In this document: piece by piece, positions 1 to 10,800 of the stretch
Layout of the letters: each line of letters opens with the position of its first letter
Numbering within the stretch: the first letter of the stretch is position 1
IMG/VR virus record: IMGVR_UViG_3300005825_000016
Source: a virus
Direction: 5' to 3' (one strand)
DNA: 64,000 nt
Notes under the pieces: model-generated
Seen by the model: only the letters and a program-made list of their open reading frames with translations
Database searches by the model: none
Told to the model about the DNA's origin: nothing
Position numbers and translations under genes: made by a program

Positions 1-2
1 CT

Positions 3-350
3 GCTGGACGCTTTCAGGCTCTTGGTGGTGATGTCATCAACGCAAGTCAAACAGATATCTCAACACTTATGACAACTGGCGCGACTGATCGTAGTGTGCA
101 GCAGGCTGTCAGGGACTTCGATTTCCAGCAGTTTGTTGAAGAGCGAGACTGGGACTTTCGACAACTCATGGGCGTTGTCTCAGCGCTTGAGGGAACAAAA
201 GGTTCTTACTCAACAACCCAGACCAATGAAACCAAAGAAAGCAGCAGCGCCGCAAGCGTGGTTGGTTCAATAGCAACAGTCGTTGCTGCCATGTACACAG
301 GTGGCGCATCACTCGCCATACAAGGCGCAGCAGGAGCGGCAAGCAAGTGA
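3..350 (+). CDS. DNA ejection/pilot-type internal virion protein (5'-partial)
   Basis: Frame is open from nt 3, before the listed Met at 69. Ala/Gly/Gln-rich with a hydrophobic C-terminal GSIATVVAAMYTGG segment; first of three overlapping genes ending in the giant protein. Confidence 0.55.
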   Translation, partial: AGRFQALGGDVINASQTDISTLMTTGATDRSVQQAVRDFDFQQFVEERDWDFRQLMGVVSALEGTKGSYSTTQTNETKESSSAASVVGSIATVVAAMYTGGASLAIQGAAGAASK

Positions 351-1801
351 CTAATCAAGCAATGGGCGCACTGCCCGAAACAGAAGACCCACGATCACCA
401 GCACTTCCGGCACAAACGCCTGCCCTTGCTGGTGGGGCCAAAACATTCCCGGTTCCGACGACATCGGCACCGGGTTCAGCTTTGTCTGCGCCGTCTCCCG
501 GTGGTAGTGCTAAAGGCGCGAGCGCACCCCTGTCTCAAGCTGGTCAGCCAGAATCGCAAGGCGGCGCAGGCAATTCTCAAGCGAAAGACCCTGATCTTAT
601 TCGAGATCGTGGTACACCGGAAGAGTATTGGGCAGGCAACGTCAAAGAACTTGGCAGTGCCAAATCAGCTGAGTTGATGGCGCAAGCAATCGAAGGCTCT
701 GCAAGAACCGGGAAGATGGGTGAAGTCAGCGAGGAAGATTATCGCCGCTCTGGTGTCAGGACGAATGAAGCGCTCAACATTGGTACTGAAGAGCAACAGA
801 ATGAAGCTATCGAAGGATTGGTTTATAAGCCTTATGTCACTCAGACGAAAGCAGAAATAGACAAGGGCATCATTGAGCAAGAAGACGGTGTTGTTCGAGT
901 TGCACAGACAATGGCCAATGTTGAGGGAGCTGATAATGAAGATGAGCTTCGTGAGATCGTGGTCACTGCAAAACGTCGCGCTACAGGAAATGACAAGGCA
1001 AAACTCGATACTGAAGGTGAAGACAGAAACCTTTGGGGCCGCATGAAGAATTGGTGGCAGCTTGGTAAGGACGATCCCACCACGGAAGCACGCGAAGATG
1101 AGACCGTTGAGGTAACTCGTTTTATGGGTGGTATGACCCGGCAGCAGCTTGGCATGTTCGTATTCCAGTGGGGCGCACTGATGATGGCGAATGCTGACAA
1201 GGGTTTCGGTGCCGCCATGGGTAATGCAAATCTTGGTGCTATGGCTGGACATCAACAGCGTGGAGTTGATGCAGCCGCGCTGGAGACGGCCTCTAAACAG
1301 CAAGAGTTTGATAACACCATCAAGCAGCAACAGGCAGATGCTCAGACGATGACGGCAGAGGCTGCTCGTGACAGAGCGAATGTCGCTGGGGTTGGTTATC
1401 AAGGTAAGGACGCATATCTTGCTCAGCGCTTCAAAGCAGAAGGAATGACTGACTCAGAAATTAACGCCATTCTTCGTGGCGTTGAAGGCACGGAAGTGCG
1501 TGCTCAAAAACTCCAAGACAGCCTGAACAAAATGATTGAAGGTGCCGGGTTTACAGATGTTACTCAAGTAGGCGGCGCATCTGTCAAGGTTAGGCAGATG
1601 ACTGGTGCGCAGCAAAAGCAATGGATTGTCGAGCGACTTAAAAGTGCAGCTGAAGCCGCAGAGGAATACGACAAGCTGCAAAAACGAGGTGGTGCATTAC
1701 CAGACCCGACCCCAACCCCGAATACTGGTGGTGCTTTGCCAGCGGCCCCGGATGCGGTAGGTAATGCTCTCAATAGATATGGCGATCAGGCGACTCAATA
1801 A
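347..1801 (+). CDS. putative internal virion (ejection) protein
   Basis: 484 aa, low-complexity Pro/Ala N-terminus, one hydrophobic segment (LGMFVFQWGALMMA); lies between the pilot-like gene and the giant protein. Confidence 0.55.
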   Translation: MTNQAMGALPETEDPRSPALPAQTPALAGGAKTFPVPTTSAPGSALSAPSPGGSAKGASAPLSQAGQPESQGGAGNSQAKDPDLIRDRGTPEEYWAGNVKELGSAKSAELMAQAIEGSARTGKMGEVSEEDYRRSGVRTNEALNIGTEEQQNEAIEGLVYKPYVTQTKAEIDKGIIEQEDGVVRVAQTMANVEGADNEDELREIVVTAKRRATGNDKAKLDTEGEDRNLWGRMKNWWQLGKDDPTTEAREDETVEVTRFMGGMTRQQLGMFVFQWGALMMANADKGFGAAMGNANLGAMAGHQQRGVDAAALETASKQQEFDNTIKQQQADAQTMTAEAARDRANVAGVGYQGKDAYLAQRFKAEGMTDSEINAILRGVEGTEVRAQKLQDSLNKMIEGAGFTDVTQVGGASVKVRQMTGAQQKQWIVERLKSAAEAAEEYDKLQKRGGALPDPTPTPNTGGALPAAPDAVGNALNRYGDQATQ

Positions 1802-4800
1802 ATGGCAACAACAGCGGAAGAGGTGCAGCGTGCAATAGAGCGAGCACGAGCAGCGCAAGACAATGATGCTGTCAGCACGCTCGAAGGGTATCTCAAAACA
1901 TTACAGCCATCGCAACCAGCACAACCTGCTGGCGCGTTGCCCGGTAACGATGATCCTATTGGTCAGGGAGTCAGTGGCCCTGCTCTTACAAAGCCGCAGC
2001 GAGAGCGACGTATAAGTCAGCTCAGCTATGAGCATGACCAATCATTGCTTGGGTTGCCAGAGAATCATCCGCAGCGCCCCACTAAGGATGAGATCAACCA
2101 GTTTCGCAGTAAGCACGTAACGTCACAGACGCCAGATGGCCGTCCTGTTGGCGTGCGTGATATTTCCAAAGATGTTGTGCGTGATCCGAATACCGGAGAA
2201 GTTCGTTGGGCAGCGCTTTCTCCCGATCAGATAGATAGCGCTGAAGCAAAAAAGAAGGCTCGTGAAGATACGAAGAGAGCCACAGGTGGTGCATTGAAGT
2301 TTGGCACTATCAATCCAATTGGCGAATTCATTGACGCGAAAGACAAGGCCATTGAGTCTCGCAACATCACTCAGCAGATCATCTGGGAGCAGATGCCATC
2401 TGGTGAGAAGAGCCGCATCATTAATCGTGTTCGAGAAGAGCATGGCGACAAGGCTGCAATTCGCTTTGAAACTGATGCTGGTTTATTCCCATCCAATGAA
2501 TTCAAGAAGCTCATGGATGAGAACCCGGACAACAACAAGCTGCTTGACACCATGGAAGGTGATGAGTGGTGGGAAGAGCGTAAAGAAACAGTATCGAGAG
2601 TACTATCGAAGATCGGTAGCGCATGGAACTTTGGTGCCCCGATTCCTGCATTCGGAGCAGATACACCAACGGGTGCACTGACTGGTAAGGGTAAGTTCGA
2701 AGGCATTGACTACGCAGGTAAGGATGCACCTTTGTATGCCGGTGCGTCAGAGGATATTCGTGAGTGGCGAAGCGAAGCGAAGAGTGGTGGTATCGGTCTG
2801 TATGAAAACGTACTGAAGCCGTTACTTACAAGCAAGGAAGGGCTGACACCGGGTGAGCGTGTAATCAAAGCCGCTCAGACGATCAAGGAAGAGGCGTACA
2901 CAGCTGAACAGTTGAAGTCTTCTCAGAAGCCGTTTATTCCAGAAGGTAAAACGGTTACGGATATGTTTTCGTCCGACTTCTGGACAGACCCAAATACCAA
3001 GATGCCATGGAATGACTGGACTGGGTTCTACCTGACATTCATGGAGAACGCACCACAAATCGCAGCGAGCGTTGGCGTAACGCGAGTTGCTGGTGGTATT
3101 GGCGCTCGACATGCAGCTGCTGCGAATACAGGCCGTAGGCTACAGGACATTGAGGCTGCTCGGAAAAAATACGCTGGGCTTTATGGTGTTGCTGGTGGTG
3201 GATCGACCGAAGGTTTTCTGATTCACAATAATGTTGCACGTGAAGTTGGTCAGTCATTAGCCGAAGTTCCCATGGAGATATGGCGCGAAGATCAGACCTT
3301 CAATGATCTTGTTGCTGCTGGACTCAATGAGGAAGAAGCTAAGCAGCTACTAACTCAGGATGCAGCGAGCGCAGCTGGCACTACGGCGTTTGCTGTTGCT
3401 GGTTTGGCTGGTGGCGCTCCTATGGGTTACATGATAGGTCAATCAGGAGCAGGTCGTCTTGCGAGTAAAGCCACGGCTGGTCGCGTTGCAACGGCAGCTC
3501 TCGGTGAGCCACTTCAGGAAGGTACGCAGGAAGTTATCGAAGGTGAGATCAGCGACATAGCGATTGCTGGTATTGACCCAGACAATCCGATCTTCTCCCA
3601 AGAGAACCGCAGGCTGGAGCGATTTGCTGGTGGTGCGTTTGTTACCGGACCAACTGGTATTGGCGCACTCGCAACTATTGAGTACGGTAAGCCAGCTGGA
3701 TATCAGAAGGCAGATGTCGAAGCTGCCACGGCTGCAAAGACCATGATGGATGCCGTGAACGAACGGTACAAGCTGGAATTAAAACTCAGCGATCCAGAGT
3801 ATCGTACAAACACCGAGCCTATGGTCAGGCTCAAGAACATGCAAAAGCTGGAAAATCTGCAACGCACAGAAGCAGAGACCGTTCTTAAATCAGCGAAAGT
3901 CCTCAAGGGTTATCTTGCAGATAATCCATCGCAGACATCTAAGGTAGAAGCAAAGCGGCTTGCCACCATGGAGATGCAGGCGAACGCTACGTTGACTGAT
4001 ATTGCCGTTGCGCGATCACGCAGGCAGACGGTCTCTGAGATGGCAGAAGAGCAAGAGAACATCTTGATGGAACGAGCGATGATTCAGCAGCGCGTTGCTG
4101 ATGATCTCATCTCTCTTGAAGATATCAATCGACAGGTCGCAAACATCGAAGCTGTTCAAAACAACGAAGCCGTAAGTGAGGAAGCATATGAAGAGCTGGT
4201 AAAGGAAGGCTATGGTCGCTGGACGAATCAGGCGCAGGAAAAGTTTGTCATCAAGCCGAAGGGTAAGCGAGCACTGAATCTGCTGAACCAGCAAAGCCGT
4301 CATCTTTCAACAAGGATCAAGCAGGGCTACACAGGAACTGATCGACGTAATCCACTGAACCAGATGAAGCGTGATCTGGTGGATTCGGCTGGTCCGGTCG
4401 AACGTGAGCAGATGCTTTATACGGACAACCTCACTGGCGCTCAGAACCGTAGGGCATTTAAGGAGCGCAGCGCAGATGCCAAGGCAGTTGCTGCTGTAGA
4501 CGTAGATTCACTGGCATGGGTGAATGATCATATGACCCATGCGGCTGGCGACAGGCTGCTGGTGACCGTAGCAGACGCCATAGGCTCTCAGAACGGTGTA
4601 GAGGTGTTCCGGCTCGGTGGAGATGAGTTCGCGGTAACTGGAGCATCTCAGGAAGCCTTGGAGACAGCTTTACAAGCAGCAGCCAAGGTACTTCAGAGTT
4701 CCCCTATTGCTGACGCTGAACAAGAGGTTCGTCCTACCATTACATGGGGCAAGGGTGAAACTTACGAGGCTGCTGACAAAGAGGCCGGTAGCAGAAAAGC

Positions 4801-7800
4801 TGAGCGCATCCAGAGGGGTCAGGTGGCGTCTCGTAAGGATAAGCCAGCGTCATGGTCTGCTCGTGCGCAGCTTGGGCTGTTTCATTGGACTGGAGAAAAT
4901 GCTAACCAGAAGTTCTTTGTGCAACATGCCATACAAAACGGTTTACAGGTTGGAAGTGAAGCATCGTTCTCAATAAAGCAAAAGGTCAGGCGGGATGGGT
5001 CAGCGTTAGCGAATCAATCAACGATAACCATTACTGGTCGTGTTGCTGAAGTCTTTAAGAAAGAAAACGAGATTGCTATCCAGACAGCTAACGGTAGCAA
5101 ATTGTATTTTACTAGCCGTGGATGGCTGAAGAGAACTGGCAAACACAAGTTGTCAGCTACAGAAGAGCCTAGCCTTGCATATCAAGTCGAGCGCTCTTTG
5201 CAGCCAGTTGGTACTCGCCCACAGAAGAAAGCATTCAACGAATGGCTGGCGAACAATCCCGGAAAACCTATTAAGGAATACACCGGACCAAGAGTAAAGT
5301 TTGGTGGCATCAGTAATGTAGGGGATGCATCAGTAAGGATTTCATCATTTACTGACGTAGGTGAAAACAAGGGTCTATTCCAGCTCGACAAAGGTGCGGT
5401 ATTTCCACATAAGTGGTCACAGGTTTCGCATCTCGTGAAGCGTGGATCAAGTGTTGAGGTTTTGACACCTGATGGTGCAGAGTGGGGCATTGTTACTAAG
5501 GTTAAGAATGCCGGACGTGACGGCAAACGACCAAGAGTAACAGTAAACATTGATGGTCGTGTTTTCACTTTTAACCCAGACAGAAATCATCTCATTACGC
5601 ATGGAATTGATACAGCTGATTTTGTTTGGATTACTGGTTGGGAAGAATACAGCGATCCATTGTATGGCGCTTTGCCGCAAATAGTTCCTGATGTGCAGAT
5701 TGGTCATGTTGTTAATGAAGGAGAGATTATTGCCGATCTCTACAAAGAGAGCGCTGTTCAGAAGCAGCAACAGCTTGCGTGGTGGACTAATGACTACCCG
5801 GAGTGGCACCCGACAGTACCGTATGTTCCACCACTATCAAAGGTTAGTGAAGACGTTCGGCTTGAAGCGGAAGCGCTGAAAGATTATTTGACTCGTGGGT
5901 ACAGCAATCTGCCGGAAATCAACATGATCTACGATCTGGCCGAGACACCTGAAACGGTGAGAGCGCAGATCATTGCCGAGGGTGCGTCTATTCACGGTGT
6001 CCACGGATACATGAACCACATTAATCCGAAGGATGGCATCTATATATTTGTCCCGAACATTTATCGTGGAAGTAAAAACAATCTTGAGAGCGGCATCACT
6101 GAGACATTGCTGCACGAGATGATCGGCCACTATGGAGTACGTGGATTCTTCGGTAATGAAGCGAAACTTCGGGAGATGATGAACGAGCTGGTTGATGCGT
6201 TCCCGAAAGTTGCCGATGCTCGCGCCCGTCACCTAAAGTTAAATAAAGCAATCCCGAATCATAAGCAGCTTCTTGGTGAAGAGATGATTGCTTATTTGGT
6301 TGGTGAACACGCCAGCGGCAAGGTCAGTCTGAACAAAAAGCAGAAAGGCGTGATCGAAAAAATCATCAGCTGGATACGTCAGCTGCTGGTCAGGATGCGC
6401 TTCATTAAGGGTAATGAAGTTGACTTCTGGAATGACGCGAGAGTAAGAAGGCTGGTTTCTCGCTCTTACGATTTCGTTCGCAATGGCAAGGGGTTCGAGT
6501 GGACCGCGCTCACTGGTGAGGTTATTAGGTTCGATACACCGCTTCAGATGCGTGACGGAGATATATTCCAGCAAGGCGTTGTTACGGCGATTACGACAGC
6601 TACCGAAAAAATCACAACGAAACAGCAAAAGCAAAAGCACGCGAAGCAGTATGGTGGTGTTGAGAACGTGCCACAAGAAGTACCAATGTTTCCAGAGAGC
6701 GCCAGCCCAAATATCTATCGGTTATCATTGCAAACAGCGGTTAAGGCTGGATACATCTCCAAGATGGAAATGAAGTACTCTGGTCTTGACGAGAGTGGCA
6801 GCGACTATGCGCTTCTTCGTGACGCGAAGTACAATGATATCAAATCTTTAATGTTGGCAACGGAAGAAATAAATCCTCGTGATTGGTATAAAAATGTACT
6901 TCCATTTGGATTGGCAAAAGAAGTTGATGCGCTTTACGAGACGATGGATAACAGCACTATGGTTGGTCCACTTATCCCGGAAGCGAGAGCAGAGGTTTAT
7001 CGCGGTGTTATTGATCAAGAGGCATATAACAATGCGACAAATCGTATCCAAGAAATCATGGATATGCCAATTGATCAGAAGAATGCCACGATCAGCAAGA
7101 AGATTTTACTTGCTCACGCTGCAAGCAATAAAGCACTGCGTATCAACGTTATACGTCAGGGTGGACATCCTAATTTGGAATACTCAACGGTTGCTCAAAT
7201 CTTATTTGGACCTGATGTTGATTTCGATAGCCTAACGGATTTTCAGACGGAGATGATTGATGCTGAAAAACGACGCATCAAAGATCGTGGTCCGTTCATC
7301 GGCTATAACGAAGAGCAGGATCGGTGGTTGGATTGGGCAAATTCAAGACATCAATATCGCGAGTATATTCCGCAGGGAGCAAAAGCCACTAATGACTATC
7401 GTGTTGCCTTAGTGCTACAGGAAGGCTCTCACGAAATGGGGTCAGTACCATCTGCTCACTGGGGTGTTCCGCACTTAATGCACATCAGAACTGCTGTGGC
7501 AGATATTGCTTCAATAGAAGGCGCTCCCGTACTCCCACCAGCACGAAATCCAGAAATGGAAGGCAAAGCGCTTTCTATGATTGAATTGCAAGCCAACTGG
7601 TTACAGGAGCTTCGGTACGCATATACGACTCCTTCGATGAGGGAAGACAGTGCAAGGCAATATGATTTCGACAAAAAAACCACAGTATCTTTGTCGATGG
7701 GGTTTGTAACTAGACTCAGTGAAGGCTTATGGGATTCTGTTGATAAGATGCTAAAGCCTATCTACAACGCGCCAACAGGTGCCTTAAAGCAAGAGTATCT

Positions 7801-10800
7801 GGAGTTTATTGAATCAAGGTATGGTCAGCCACTGGAAGAAATGTCCGAGGCTACAAAAAGAGAGGCATACACAAGATTCAATGACCACAAGCTAACGCCG
7901 ATTATAAATAAGATTTCCGAAGCGAAGGAGATCGCAAAATCTTTTGGAGCTGTTCGTCAAACATTCATGAACGACCTTCCCGGTCTTATGGATGCTCGTG
8001 TGTTTGATAGGCTCGACACCTATGCGGTATCTGAGGTAACAGAGCGAATTAGTGACGATTTGACTAATTTGATTAGTGGACTTCACCGTATGATCGAGGC
8101 ACCAACTCATCAAGAGTTGGTGGCAACTGTGGGTGAAATAAAATCAAGAGTTACTCGTAACCTTCATCGCCTTTCCGGCAGTTCAACAATTTCACGGTTG
8201 GCTTTTGCGAAACCAAAGATCGTTGAGATGGTTGGAGCAGTACTCGAAAAACTTGAGTTTAATGACATTCTTGACGTGGCTATGGAGCCACTTGATGCAG
8301 TTGAGCGAGTTGCAATTCGCATTCCGGTAGAGGCAATTAATGAGTATCGAGATGCCTCTAAAACACGACAAGATCCTTCGCAAATTATCATGCTAAATAT
8401 CCTATCGAACAGCAGGCTTCTTGATGCTGGTATAAACCCCAATGGGATGCACCTTCAGTTCGATCAAGAAACTGATCCAAATTACTTTGAGATCACAGCA
8501 GCTGGCACAAAAGAGCATTTAACAGTATTAAGCGAGAAGCTACCGAATCTAATAAGAACCTATGTTAGCTCAACTGGTCCGGTAAGTTTTGAAAACTGGC
8601 TTAGCAGTACAGCAACTAGTAACGCACGAGAACGTAATTCTAGCGAAGTTACGTGGGATGAAGTTAAAGAAGAATTTGGATTTACCGAGGTAAACCTCGA
8701 TGATCCTAGTCATGATGAACTTAGTCTTTTGCGAGAACATAGTGTTCAAACGTATGAGCAGTTCGAGACCTATGAGTTCGATGACATTATGGTTGATACC
8801 GTGAACTCAGCTTTCGAAAACATGGACTGGAGTGAAGTTTATAACGACGATGGTGAAGGCTTATGGCCCGGATCAACAGACTTCACGGAGCGAGTGGAAT
8901 TTGATGATGATGGTGATGCTGATACAGATAATGCAAGACAGTGGCTTAGTGATGCTCGCGAATCGTATCGAAGCAATGAGATGTTTGATGATGATTCCTT
9001 GCGTGACAGCGCATATGATGAAATCCGTGAACGTTGGGACTCATCACCGGCAGCTTTAATTCTTGGTGTTATACCAGTGGAGTGGGATGAGGACGGAGAA
9101 GTAACCGACTCCGTTGCGTTTCGCATCGCAGCTCAAAACTATGATGATTATTACGATGTCTTCATTAATGATGAAGAGGTTGCTAGTGAGGTAAATCTCA
9201 ATGATGCGCAGCAAAAAGCTATTAATGAGATTAGAGATTACTACAACGATAGAGGAATAATTCTTCCTCATGAGAGTCTTTTTAGCCCTACTGAAGACAT
9301 CGTTCCAGATAATTCTAATACTGATCTTGACACTGATCGGGTACAACCAGATTGGTTAAGTATTGCGAATCGAATTATTGATTCATCTGGTGTGATCTCT
9401 CTGCCACCGGAAAGTGGCGATAAGATATTTGAGCGTATGGTTTCTTACGAGAAAGCAAAAGAAGCCAGAAGGCAAAAGGGTATTGAGGAAAGAGTAATAA
9501 CAGATACTCCGCTGAAAGACGATAGCGTCTGGAGACCCATTGCTTTGAAGTACTTGCTTTCTGATGCTGTTCGCAGAGGGTTTCCTGCAATCATTTGGAA
9601 CAATGGACTGGCAAGCTCAAAGCGTGGTGGTAACTGGGGTGTTGAAGTTGCTCGACCAGTAAATCGTATTGTTTGGACGCAGGAGACAATGACTCTTCGT
9701 GGAGAGACCCACGATATGATCGTCATTCGCACTCCAGACTTGCCAAGCCCTATTGTGGTTGATGCGAGAAGGATGATTCCTATTCTCGGTCGAGATTTAT
9801 CGACACATATCATCGGTCAAATAAACGGGAAGATTCCTCTGCAACCAGAGGTTCAGGCGAGAGGGGAAATTATTGAAGGAGAAGCAGCAGAGGTTTCATT
9901 GCGAGATCATTTTCTTCTCTCAACGTCGCCAAGTGGCATTACTTCACTGCATCGTCGCAGCGATGGTGGATTCGTAGGTCTTGCTCGTGGAGAAGATGAA
10001 GTCCAAGCTCTTATGGAATCGCATATGGAATCGCATAGACCCTATCTGACTCGTCCAGCTGGATGGACAGAGGTTGAACCTGACCTGTTAGCTGACATTA
10101 ATCCTCTTGGTAGCGAAATTAAGATGACAGGTATCGTTACCGAGCAAAGTCTTGGCACAAAGATGCGCATCATCGCTGGAGGCCGAGAGCGCGATTACCA
10201 TCATACCTACGCCCAAGCAAAACAAGCATCAGCTCGCGAGTCTTATGAAGGAGTGATGCACCGAATATGGGAAAAAGAGCTGAAGAAGTACGGTGCAACC
10301 ATTCAAGAGGCTTGGGTAAAAGGAAACATTGATGATGCATGGAATAAAGAAGGTCAACCTATTAAAAAGATAGACACGCGATCTGAGCGTATAGCGGTAA
10401 CGCATGGAAAGGTTTCCATTGAAGAACTGAGAGGTGAGACTCACGGCTATATTGCTATGAGCGAAAGAAGTGGTTTACTCACTGAGCGCATTTTTGAAAG
10501 CTATGCTCGTGCATCTGAGTGGATGGAAGAGTGGAAAGATAATAATTTTGGGGAAGAAGGTGGCGTAATTAAAGTGTATTACGTCGCGATTAATGACAAG
10601 ATCGTTGAAGAATTCTCTGGTCCTGTTGCTCCGTTTCATTATGATCCAACACAAGACCCTGTACTTAAGGAAGCCGCTGAGAAAATTGGTTATGAAGATG
10701 TTTCATTCCGTGACAGATACAACAAGTGGCGTGAAGCATGGCGGGATAAATTCAATCAAGGAATGTTTGATCGCTTCCACGGTATTAAACGAGCACTTTC

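Noticed and set aside
8899-8925. DDDGD resembling the DxDGD RNA polymerase motif in the giant protein
   Set aside because: Sits in a low-complexity acidic tract without the NA/FD context or other polymerase motifs
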